DNA of 64,000 bases from a virus. Below, piece after piece: positions 37,881-46,477 of this stretch; the first letter of the stretch is position 1; each line of letters begins with the position of its first letter. Location of the stretch: IMG/VR virus record IMGVR_UViG_3300035698_011322, positions 10,658 to 74,657 of that record. The stretch is one strand, 5' to 3'. Both the position numbers and the translations under genes were made by a program. A model generated the notes under the pieces. It was not told the DNA's origin. It did not search any database and saw nothing but the letters and a program-made list of their open reading frames with translations.

Positions 37881-37885
37881 TATAA

Positions 37886-37970
37886 GCACCCAGCCCTTAA
37901 TCTGAGAGGGACTCAGGCAAGTCTCCAAAGCTTGTGGCATAAAGGCGTTCAACTCGTCCTGGGTGTGCCA
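37886..37970 (+). tRNA. tRNA-Trp(CCA), atypical D region
   Basis: Loop CTCCAAA, G73-CCA. Confidence 0.65.
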
Positions 37971-37980
37971 AAATAAATAT

Positions 37981-38056
37981 GGGGGCGTAGCCAAATCGGG
38001 AAGGCACTTGGTTTGCAACCAAGAGATTGAGGGATCGTTCCCCTCCGCCTCCACCA
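37981..38056 (+). tRNA. tRNA-Ala(TGC)
   Basis: G3:U70, loop TTTGCAA, CCA. Confidence 0.85.
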
Positions 38057-38133
38057 AATGATTTAATAGATAAAAAAACATCAATACTTTATGGTTGGAA
38101 AAGAGGTAGATCAAAAGGTAATTTTAATCCTAT

Positions 38134-38212
38134 ACCCTAGTATACCCTCTGGCTACGAACCAGTTGAAAGGTTAACGAACACATGTGGGTTTGAATCCCA
38201 TCTAGGGTTCCA
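38134..38212 (+). tRNA. tRNA-Arg(ACG)-like, D-armless
   Basis: ACCCTAG/CTAGGGT acceptor, CTGG-CTACGAA-CCAG arm, T arm, CCA; no D arm. Confidence 0.6.
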
Positions 38213-38216
38213 CTAA

Positions 38217-38293
38217 GGGCTGTGTTATCAGATGGTTTTCTGGTGACTGGTTGCAATCCAGTTTTTGAGGTTCAATTCCTCCGCGGCCCTCCA
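38217..38293 (+). tRNA. tRNA-Cys(GCA)
   Basis: Loop TTGCAAT, U73-CCA. Confidence 0.7.
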
Positions 38294-38345
38294 ACTTTAA
38301 AAAAAAGTAGTTTACAATAAATATGATTTGAGATATAATAGTTAA

Positions 38346-38575
38346 ATATGACATAGATAGTTCCTATAAAAATATTAATAAATAAGAAATACTATCCGTC
38401 ATATAATTAGTTATCAAGTGACATAAATGGTTCCTCTATAAAAACTGGAACCGGATGCTGGCGAGCCTTTGGTTCGTACCAGACCGGTTATTAAATTACC
38501 ATTCGTCATTTAAAATATTGGGCAAATGAAAGTTCCTATAAAACACACTTGATATGTATAATTACTTTCCGCCCA
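38346..38575 (+). ncRNA. array of three covarying bulged hairpins in the leader of the TerD-like gene
   Basis: Units at 38346-404, 38416-511 and 38519-575; promoter TTTACA-N17-TATAAT at 38311-39. Confidence 0.7.
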
Positions 38576-38591
38576 TAACAAATTAAAAGGA

Positions 38592-40502
38592 GTGAAAATG
38601 AAACGATCATTGTTAAGATTATTTAAAGCTGTTGAGATCGAATCCACACCTAAACATAAAGATGCCGAAGTTAGCCGTTATATCAATGGTATAACATTAA
38701 AGAGTGGTTTCGTTTTCTCTCCAGAGATTCATTATAATTGTCCTCAAAGCAAAATGATAGAGATGGCCAATGTAATAACTAATGAATTGGGTATCACTTC
38801 AGAACAAATGAATAATGCTTTCCATAAGTCATGGGATAAGGTTGCCAATGCTGATCTGTTATTGCTTCAATTAGAACAAGCAATTCATTATGCAACAACC
38901 TATGGTTATGAATCAATCGGTATATTCAAGAACAGTACTGTATTCATTCCAGATGAACAATTGGATGTACCTGGTTTAGAAAATGGTATTAAGTTAACTG
39001 TTATCAAAGGTATGACAAAGTATGATATGAGAGTTGCCTTGATGGACTTGCTTGATACGGGCATTGCATTGAAAGAAGATACAGTTGTTGATTGTGTTGT
39101 ATTGGGTAAATATCTTGAACTGTCAAATGATGAAATCAATAGTATCAATAATAAAGAAGTAAAGACTGCTCTTTTTGATGAACTAGGTGGTGTTCCAAAG
39201 AATCCAATTGAGTTCCTGAGATATGTTGTTTATAGAGTTACTGGTAAAACATTATTGATCAAAAATCAAGCACTTATTGCTCAAATCAAAGAAGGTAATT
39301 TGGATAGAGCACTTGATCCATTTAAAATGTATGATATTGGATATGGTATGAATCATTTGTCAGGAATCTTCAATAGATTCAAACCATTGTTCTTGGCTTT
39401 CAAGGCTCATAGGGAATTGAAGCCTGTTATAAACAAGTTGAGTAAACTTTCTAAGAAATATCATGAACCAATGAAGAGTGATTATTTAAATGATATTACA
39501 GCTATGATTAAGAATAGTATACACATTGATGTTCGTACTCTTCGAGACAAACTTAACAAAGCAAACGCTTTCAGAAAAATCAGATTGGCTTATGCTTTAA
39601 ACTATAGAACCAATGATGTTAGTTCAATCCTTTATAGAGTCAGAAATGGCAAGGGGTTTTCAACTGAATTTTCGTTTGATAATAAGAGAGTTGCCAAGAG
39701 AGCACTGAACATTGTATTGGATTCGATTGCCAAAGATCTTAAAAGAAATGTGGAAGGCAAGAAAATATATGTTCCATCTAATATTAGATATGCTCTGCCT
39801 GCAACTGAGAAACAATTTACAGGCAACTTCCCAACTGGCACAAGTGTAGTGGTTGATAGTGATATGATCTTTGGTATTCATTGGAATGATATTGGTGGAT
39901 ATAGAATTGATTTGGATCTATCATTAATTGATGTAACTGGATATAAATATGGCTGGGATAGCAATTATCGTAATGAAGATAAGAGTATTTTGTTTTCTGG
40001 TGATATGACTTCCGCTCCTGGGCCAATGGGTGCAACGGAGTTGTTCTATGTTAGAAATAATGTTGTTGGATCAAACATCTTGTCAGTTAATTATTACAAC
40101 TATATGGATGATGTTCCTGTTCCATTCAAGATCATTGTTGGTAAAGATAAAACAGATAAGTTCAGAAATAACTATGTACTCGATCCTAATAATGTAGTAA
40201 TGACGTCTTCATCAAAAATGAATGTTAAACAAAAGGTATTGGGTCTACTGAACACTACTAAAGATGAATGTAGATTTTACTTCACAGAGGTTGATATGGG
40301 TAACTCTATAACATCATCTTCTACGTATGATTATGTTACTCATGCTAGAAAGTATATGTTCGACTTCTATAAAAACAACATAGACCTTGATGTGATGCTA
40401 CTAATGGCGGGTGCTGAGTTTGTAGAAAATGTAGAAGATTGTGACATTGATCTTTCACCTGAGAATATTAAAAAGGATGATATAATTAATATGTTAGTGT
40501 AA
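38592..40502 (+). CDS. large helical protein with C-terminal TerD-like domain
   Basis: FGIHW...IDLDLS...W...FSGDMTSAP...GATE pattern. Confidence 0.65.
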   Translation: MKMKRSLLRLFKAVEIESTPKHKDAEVSRYINGITLKSGFVFSPEIHYNCPQSKMIEMANVITNELGITSEQMNNAFHKSWDKVANADLLLLQLEQAIHYATTYGYESIGIFKNSTVFIPDEQLDVPGLENGIKLTVIKGMTKYDMRVALMDLLDTGIALKEDTVVDCVVLGKYLELSNDEINSINNKEVKTALFDELGGVPKNPIEFLRYVVYRVTGKTLLIKNQALIAQIKEGNLDRALDPFKMYDIGYGMNHLSGIFNRFKPLFLAFKAHRELKPVINKLSKLSKKYHEPMKSDYLNDITAMIKNSIHIDVRTLRDKLNKANAFRKIRLAYALNYRTNDVSSILYRVRNGKGFSTEFSFDNKRVAKRALNIVLDSIAKDLKRNVEGKKIYVPSNIRYALPATEKQFTGNFPTGTSVVVDSDMIFGIHWNDIGGYRIDLDLSLIDVTGYKYGWDSNYRNEDKSILFSGDMTSAPGPMGATELFYVRNNVVGSNILSVNYYNYMDDVPVPFKIIVGKDKTDKFRNNYVLDPNNVVMTSSSKMNVKQKVLGLLNTTKDECRFYFTEVDMGNSITSSSTYDYVTHARKYMFDFYKNNIDLDVMLLMAGAEFVENVEDCDIDLSPENIKKDDIINMLV

Positions 40503-40511
40503 GGGAATCAA

Positions 40512-40595
40512 GCCACCATAGAGGAAATGGTCTACTCAACAGGTTTAGGCCCTGTGCCTTCGGGCGTCTCGGTTCGAATCCGAGTGGTGGTACCA
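40512..40595 (+). tRNA. tRNA-Leu(TAG)
   Basis: Loop TTTAGGC, variable arm, CCA. Confidence 0.9.
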
Positions 40596-40607
40596 GTTAA
40601 TAATTAA

Positions 40608-40694
40608 GCGGTTGTAGACTAATTGATAAGTCACCAGTCTTCCAAGCTGGCGTCAGAAATGACATTGTGAGTTTGAATCTCACCAGCCGCTCCA
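40608..40694 (+). tRNA. tRNA-Gly(TCC) with long variable arm
   Basis: GCGGTTG/CAGCCGC acceptor, loop CTTCCAA, U73-CCA. Confidence 0.8.
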
Positions 40695-40930
40695 ATAAAG
40701 GATTGGTGATTATGATGGACACAATAAAAGATAGAGCTAAAGAATTATTGAGACTAAGTAGAATAGAACTGAAAAGAAGATCAGAGTTACTTAAACTAAA
40801 GAATATAGAAGGGGCTGGTAAAATAAAACTAGCTGTTATGATCGCTGTGAAAGAATATATTGATGATCCAGACTAGTTTACATTTTATATACTATCTGAT
40901 ATACTATATACAAGTTAAAGAATTGTGTAT

Positions 40931-41123
40931 TTATAGGGAGAGAGTTGAGATTGGGGATGATAAACTCAACAGAGATATGGGCAAATCCGGATAAGCCCCA
41001 TATAGCATAAAGGTTAATTGCGAGAAAGAACTGTTCAATTCGAATATCGCGACATCCTGTAAAAAGTTATGCTTGTCTCAATAGAGGCAAGTATAACAAC
41101 AATATGTAACTCTCCCGCTATAA
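40931..41123 (+). ncRNA. putative ~190-nt multibranch RNA
   Basis: Closing stem GGGAGAGTT/AACTCTCCC plus internal hairpins; promoter at ~40877. Confidence 0.45.
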
Positions 41124-41134
41124 GTACATAATTT

Positions 41135-41212
41135 GCCGGAGTGGTGTAAATGGTAGCCACGCGAGGTTTAAGCCTTCGTGCCTGAGATGGTGTAGGGGGG
41201 TTTCCGGTATCA
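41135..41212 (+). pseudogene. tRNA-Leu(TAA) with damaged T arm
   Basis: D arm, loop TTTAAGC and variable arm intact; T loop missing. Confidence 0.6.
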
Positions 41213-41217
41213 TATAT

Positions 41218-41292
41218 CGCGGAGAGGATGCTGGTTTCCAACTAGGGCTCATATCCCTGGTCGCGTCGGTTCGATTCCGATCTCCGCTCCCA
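41218..41292 (+). tRNA. initiator-type tRNA-Met(CAT)
   Basis: C1 mismatch, GGG/CCC anticodon stem, loop CTCATAT. Confidence 0.75.
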
Positions 41293-41299
41293 AAAATAA

Positions 41300-41376
41300 T
41301 GGGGTATCGTCCAATTGGCAGGACAGCGGACTTTGAATCCGCTAATGATCTGGTTCGAATCCATCTACCCCAGCCA
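41300..41376 (+). tRNA. tRNA-Gln(TTG)
   Basis: U1-A72, loop CTTTGAA, CCA. Confidence 0.85.
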
Positions 41377-41387
41377 TAATACAGCAT

Positions 41388-41473
41388 GCCCGCATAGACG
41401 AAATGTGGCATAGTCACTAGTTTCAAACACTAGGCCCTCGGGCGTGTAGGTTCGACCCCTACTGCGGGTACCA
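41388..41473 (+). tRNA. tRNA-Leu(CAA)
   Basis: Loop TTCAAAC, variable arm, CCA. Confidence 0.85.
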
Positions 41474-41487
41474 GAAAGGAAAAACAA

Positions 41488-41718
41488 ATGAAACTATGTA
41501 TAGATTGTAGATATTATGATAGTGTTAAAGGTATATCTTTATTCTTTAAAACAAAGGCATGCATACATCCAAAGAATATTGAAATAAATCCAGTCACTGG
41601 TGATATAGAGTATGGATCCACACCAAGTCATTTAAGAAAATTTGTTGATGCTTATTGTGATAAAGATGCTTATTGTGATAAAGATGGTAAGTGGTTTAAG
41701 AAAAGAGTGAAGAAATAA
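41488..41718 (+). CDS. small Cys-rich protein
   Basis: MKLCIDC..Y; short internal duplication DAYCDK. Confidence 0.6.
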   Translation: MKLCIDCRYYDSVKGISLFFKTKACIHPKNIEINPVTGDIEYGSTPSHLRKFVDAYCDKDAYCDKDGKWFKKRVKK

Positions 41719-41721
41719 TAT

Positions 41722-41796
41722 AGTCTAGTAGCTCAATGGTAGAGCATTCAACTTATAATTGAAAAACGTAAGGTTCGATTCCTTTCTAGACTACCA
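41722..41796 (+). tRNA. tRNA-Ile(TAT)
   Basis: Cloverleaf, loop CTTATAA, A73-CCA. Confidence 0.8.
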
Positions 41797-41888
41797 AATA
41801 ATTTTTATAGTTCAAAGTACTACAATGTTGCTCAAAAAAGAATTAGAGAGTATGTAAAGACACAGAATAGCAAAGGGGAATTTTTCAA

Positions 41889-42071
41889 ATGAAAATATTA
41901 CAAAAAGTTTTAATATTGGTTGGTCTTAGTGGGTTTCTATTAAGTGTTCTAGTTGCCATATTATTACCATCAGCCATTTCTCTCGCAGTGATTATATGGT
42001 TTTGTTCATCTTGTATTATGGCAATAATAGGTCTTGTATGGTATTATAGAAATCCAATTAAAATGTATTAG
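41889..42071 (+). CDS. small 2-TM membrane protein
   Basis: Two hydrophobic helices. Confidence 0.5.
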   Translation: MKILQKVLILVGLSGFLLSVLVAILLPSAISLAVIIWFCSSCIMAIIGLVWYYRNPIKMY

Positions 42072-42089
42072 GAGGAGGGGGGGGGGTTT

Positions 42090-42299
42090 ATGACAGATAT
42101 GAAATTTAAGCATTATATTTTATCACCGGATTTAGACGAAGCAGCATATATGGGTAACATAGGCTTTGAAGAACTTGTAAGCTACTATAAAAAAGCATCT
42201 AAAAAAGAAATTAAAATTATAGAAGATATAATTAAAAAAGAAGATTGGGAAGAATTTAAGAATCAAATCTTTAAGGTATTGGGTAAAAAACTAAAATAA
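42090..42299 (+). CDS. hypothetical protein
   Basis: MKFKHYI...LDEA...GNIGFEELV. Confidence 0.6.
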   Translation: MTDMKFKHYILSPDLDEAAYMGNIGFEELVSYYKKASKKEIKIIEDIIKKEDWEEFKNQIFKVLGKKLK

Positions 42300-42320
42300 G
42301 ATAATTCACAACTAAACACT

Positions 42321-42358
42321 AAATCGGCATAGGATTTTCATTCTATGCTGATTTTTTT
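42321..42358 (+). terminator. intrinsic terminator
   Basis: AAATCGGCATAG / CTATGCTGATTT followed by a T-run. Confidence 0.75.
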
Positions 42359-42560
42359 GTTTACATTTTTTACATAATTTAGTATAATATATGTAATGTT
42401 CTACACAATAAATTAAATTATGTAATTTATTTCATAGTAATTAATATTTTATAATGCTTTGTTTTCATATGTTTTGAAGTATTTTTTAAAATATTGGGAT
42501 ATTGGCATAATTATTGTATATAACATGTAGTAAAATAATAATAAAAAGGAGAATGAGAAA

Positions 42561-43283
42561 ATGAGAAAAATTTTAATGAGTTTAACGATTTTAATGTTAG
42601 GAATGTTTTTAGTAGTTGGGAATGTGTCAGCGTTAGCAATTAATTCCGATTCAACAATGTCTACAGAAGGTGTGATATATAATGAATCAAATGCTGAGAC
42701 ATTGGTTTTGAATGATGTTGATCAAGCTGATATGCATGCTTATTTTATATTAGAGCTAGCAGGTTGGTCTGGTCAAAATGTATTTGGGATTTATGGTATT
42801 TCAGAAGATGGTAATGGTAATGCTCTTGCACCTAGTTCAAATCAAATGCTTTCTTTATTTGATGGCGTGGAGGGTACATATTCAGTTAGTATTAAATTTG
42901 ATCTAGTTAATGATCAAGCATGGAGAGTGGATAATCCAACAGATGTTAAAGATATAGGAATGGAATTTGGTTTGTATCTTGATTCATCAGCTACAATAAG
43001 TAATCTATCAGGTATTTTCTTTTCACAGAATGATCTTAATATTAATTCACATGACTATTTTTGGATCTATGATGTGTCTAATGGTATTTCAACAGAGATC
43101 GGTGGATATGAGACTGTTGTAGCAATGGAAGATCAATTGTTTGGTGGTGGGGATAATGATCATAATGACTTGGTTGTTGGTATTACTGATGCGTCGCCAG
43201 TACCCGAGCCAGCAACAATGCTACTATTAGGAACAGGATTGCTTGGATTTGTATCTATAGGTAGAAGAAAATTTAAAAAATAA
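42561..43283 (+). CDS. PEP-CTERM sorting-domain surface protein (DUF4114-like C-terminus)
   Basis: Signal peptide; EDQ..GGDNDHNDLVV; PVPEPATMLLLGTGLLG...RRKFKK. Confidence 0.92.
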   Translation: MRKILMSLTILMLGMFLVVGNVSALAINSDSTMSTEGVIYNESNAETLVLNDVDQADMHAYFILELAGWSGQNVFGIYGISEDGNGNALAPSSNQMLSLFDGVEGTYSVSIKFDLVNDQAWRVDNPTDVKDIGMEFGLYLDSSATISNLSGIFFSQNDLNINSHDYFWIYDVSNGISTEIGGYETVVAMEDQLFGGGDNDHNDLVVGITDASPVPEPATMLLLGTGLLGFVSIGRRKFKK

Positions 43284-43308
43284 TATAAATAAAATATAAT
43301 AGAATATT

Positions 43309-43347
43309 TAATCGATATAGGCATTACGCCTATATCGATTTTTTTTG
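43309..43347 (+). terminator. intrinsic terminator
   Basis: AATCGATATAGGC / GCCTATATCGATT followed by a T-run. Confidence 0.8.
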
Positions 43348-43397
43348 TTTACATTTTGTATTATGTATAGTATAATATAATATAAAGGAGAAATAAA

Positions 43398-44165
43398 ATG
43401 AATGATGAAAATATGGATAGTATTGGTGAGCCATTTGATTTTAAAAAGTACTTAGACTCGAAATATCCTTTACTGGAAGTGTTTAGAGAAAAAACACCAG
43501 GAACACATAAGCATTCACAAAATGTTGCTTTGCTGTGTGAGGCTGTTGCATTAGGTCTTGATTTGAATGTTGATGAAATGAAGGTAATTGGGTTGTATCA
43601 TGATATTGGTAAAATGAACTTCCCAGAAAATTTCTCAGAAAATCAGAATGGAACTAATGTGCATGATGGTTATGATTCTTTTGTATCATATCATCTAATA
43701 ACAAGACATATTGGTGATTCGGCTGTTATTTTATTGAATAAAACAAATTTACCTAGAGATACTATTTCAAAAATAACAGAGCATCATGGCAATACTGTTC
43801 TTCAATATTTTTATGAAAAATCTGAATCAAGTACAGAAGAATCATATAGATATAAATGTTCATCACCAAGTACCATTGAGTCAACTGTTTTAATGCTCTG
43901 TGATTCTATTGATGCTACCGCTAGAGCACTTTCTGCTGCGGGTAAATTGGGTTCAATAGAAGATAGAAAGGCTGTTGTTAGTAGTACTATAAATAGATTG
44001 ATGGATGATGATCAACTTGATGGAATGACGGTTGGTTCTATTAAAGTTATAAGAAGAGTTCTGTTACGAGAGTTAGAAACGATTTATCATAAACGTGAAG
44101 TATATGGTAACGAAAAAAAAGAAGTTAAAAATGATGATTCTGTAAGGATAGAAGATAAGGAGTAA
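43398..44165 (+). CDS. stand-alone HD phosphohydrolase (PgpH/7TM-HD-type HD domain)
   Basis: PGT.KHS.NVA, YHDIGK..P..F.ENQ, EHHG.T...YFY, LML.DS. Confidence 0.85.
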   Translation: MNDENMDSIGEPFDFKKYLDSKYPLLEVFREKTPGTHKHSQNVALLCEAVALGLDLNVDEMKVIGLYHDIGKMNFPENFSENQNGTNVHDGYDSFVSYHLITRHIGDSAVILLNKTNLPRDTISKITEHHGNTVLQYFYEKSESSTEESYRYKCSSPSTIESTVLMLCDSIDATARALSAAGKLGSIEDRKAVVSSTINRLMDDDQLDGMTVGSIKVIRRVLLRELETIYHKREVYGNEKKEVKNDDSVRIEDKE

Positions 44166-44178
44166 AGGGGGGTGTGTT

Positions 44179-44610
44179 GTGGTCGTAAGGGGTTATAAAG
44201 TTAAAGTATGGCAAGTTGTAGTCGGTGTGGGTGTTGTATTAAGTGTGCTTGGTGGTTTCTTTACAGCAGAAGATAGATGGAATCAAATGGATGAAGTCAT
44301 GGCGGCTGAAAAGGAAGCTGATTATAAGATAGTAACAGCCGGAAAGGATTATGATAATAAGTTGTTACTTGTGTCTCAGGAGATCATTCAAACCTTTGAG
44401 TCATATCAAAAAAAACAAGATGTTCAAACCAAAGGTCAGGCATTAGAAATATTGGATATGCAGTATGAAACTCTTACAAGACAATATTATGAGGTTCGTA
44501 AACAATTAAAAGCTAATCCAGGTGATGTTGAGTTAAGAGAAGAACTAGATAGAATAAAAAGAGATAGAGAAAGAGTTCTGAACAGAAAAAATAAAATAAT
44601 GGGTGAATAA
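44179..44610 (+). CDS. membrane-anchored coiled-coil protein
   Basis: N-terminal hydrophobic helix. Confidence 0.55.
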   Translation: MVVRGYKVKVWQVVVGVGVVLSVLGGFFTAEDRWNQMDEVMAAEKEADYKIVTAGKDYDNKLLLVSQEIIQTFESYQKKQDVQTKGQALEILDMQYETLTRQYYEVRKQLKANPGDVELREELDRIKRDRERVLNRKNKIMGE

Positions 44611-44625
44611 AAATAAGGATATCTA

Positions 44626-46476
44626 ATGAGTGAACTGAATAAACTGATCGAATATGATAATTTGTATTATAATGAAGGAACGTCGCCTCTTGATGATGGC
44701 GAGTATGATAATCTAAAGAAAGAACTCAAATTAAAGTTTCCTGACGATCTATATTTTACTGAGGTAGGAAGTCAGGTAAAAAATAATGGAAAGGTGAAAC
44801 TCAAGTATACACTAGGTTCGCTCAATAAAGTCAAACTTGATACATTACAGAAATGGCTTGATAAGCAGACATCTGATATTTTTATCATAAGTGAAAAAAT
44901 GGATGGTGTGTCTTTTTATGTGAACTATAAAAATAAAGAAGTGGTGTCTGCATCAACAAGGGGTGATGGTAGTTATGGTCAAGATATAACTGATAAAGCT
45001 AAGGTTTTTTGTGGCCCTATAAAAACAAATAAAGATTCATGGTTTCGATGTGAGGCAATGCTTGTTGGATCAAAAATCAATGAACAACTTGGTTTCAAAA
45101 CAAGAAGAAATGGCGTTGCTGGTATTATAAATCGTGATGGTTTAAAAAATGTAGAACACATTACACCATTTTTCTATGAACTACTAAATTATGATGAAAT
45201 ACTTCCAGACTCAGATGAAATAGGAAGATTTGATTTTATGAATGAAGTTGTGGATATGGGTAGCTCTAAAAATTTCATACCTTTGTTTTTTATATACAAC
45301 AAGAATAATCACACAACAGCAGATATCATAACATTTTATGATAAAATGAAAGAAAAGAATGCATATGATATAGATGGTCTTGTTATAACACCAATTGACT
45401 ATAAAAGAGAGAATGTCCTCTACCCTAAGAATAAAGTAGCATTTAAAATCAATGAAAAACCCATTAATGTCGTTGTGAAAGAAGTAATGTGGAGTGTTAC
45501 AAGAACAAGTAGAGTGGTTCCATTAATTAATATCGAGCCTACTGAAATTCAAGGTGTTACTATTTCTAAGGCAACGGGATTTAATGCAAAATATATTGTT
45601 GACAATAATATAGGTAAAGGATCTATTGTAAAAATTATTAGATCGGGGGATGTTATACCCACAATAGTTGGTGTTCAGAAGGAATCCAATCCTTATTTAC
45701 CAACAAAATGCCCAGCCTGTGGTGCTGATCTGGTATGGGAAAGTGTTGATCTAAAATGTACCAATGATGATTGTTGGCGAAAATCATATAAAGAACTTGA
45801 GCACTTTCTCAGAGCAATGGGCGCCGAGAACATAACAGAGAAAACACTCATGAAGCTCGGTGTGTCTCACATTGAAATGTTATATGAGATCGATGAGTGG
45901 AGTATTTCAACTATGGAAGGATTCGGTGTAAAGAGAGCACAACAAATAATAGACGAGATACAAGGAACATTGTTTTCAACACCCGAAACACTACTAAGAT
46001 CATTTGGTATAAAGAATATTGGCAAATCATTATCAAGAGATATAACAAAACATTTGTACAGAATATCCGATGATGATAATACAGTAATGGAATATATATT
46101 TTCATTGCCATATGAAGAACTAATAAAAATTGAAGGAATCGGAGAAAAAATTGCTGAAGTATTTGTTTCGGAGATAAATAAACATAGATGGAAGTATGAT
46201 TTTCTTAAAAGTGTTGGTTTGGTCTTTTCAAACGAAAACGAAACAGGAAAGTTTGATGGAATGAAATTTACTTTAACAGGGAAGGGGAGTTTGGGAAGAA
46301 ATGAAATTCGGACTCTTATTGAACGTAAGGGTGGTTTGGTCAAGGGTATTAGTAAAACTACTAACTATCTTGTTGTTGGTGATATAAATACAACAACTAG
46401 TAAGGCTAAAAAGGCTAGAGAATATGGTGTAGAAATTATCATATATGAAGATCTGATGAAAATGTTAGGAGTATAA
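44626..46476 (+). CDS. ligA: NAD-dependent DNA ligase
   Basis: YY...DGEYD, SEKMDG, STRGDG, DGLVI, AFK, RSGDVIP, Zn finger, HhH, BRCT. Confidence 0.95.
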   Translation: MSELNKLIEYDNLYYNEGTSPLDDGEYDNLKKELKLKFPDDLYFTEVGSQVKNNGKVKLKYTLGSLNKVKLDTLQKWLDKQTSDIFIISEKMDGVSFYVNYKNKEVVSASTRGDGSYGQDITDKAKVFCGPIKTNKDSWFRCEAMLVGSKINEQLGFKTRRNGVAGIINRDGLKNVEHITPFFYELLNYDEILPDSDEIGRFDFMNEVVDMGSSKNFIPLFFIYNKNNHTTADIITFYDKMKEKNAYDIDGLVITPIDYKRENVLYPKNKVAFKINEKPINVVVKEVMWSVTRTSRVVPLINIEPTEIQGVTISKATGFNAKYIVDNNIGKGSIVKIIRSGDVIPTIVGVQKESNPYLPTKCPACGADLVWESVDLKCTNDDCWRKSYKELEHFLRAMGAENITEKTLMKLGVSHIEMLYEIDEWSISTMEGFGVKRAQQIIDEIQGTLFSTPETLLRSFGIKNIGKSLSRDITKHLYRISDDDNTVMEYIFSLPYEELIKIEGIGEKIAEVFVSEINKHRWKYDFLKSVGLVFSNENETGKFDGMKFTLTGKGSLGRNEIRTLIERKGGLVKGISKTTNYLVVGDINTTTSKAKKAREYGVEIIIYEDLMKMLGV

Positions 46477-46477
46477 T

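Noticed and set aside
38346-38575. CRISPR mini-array
   Set aside because: Units conserve structure rather than sequence, and insert lengths vary widely; reported as a hairpin array instead.
40975-41005. c-di-GMP-I riboswitch (GGGCAAA...)
   Set aside because: Lacks the GAAA tetraloop/receptor and second GCAAA stem.
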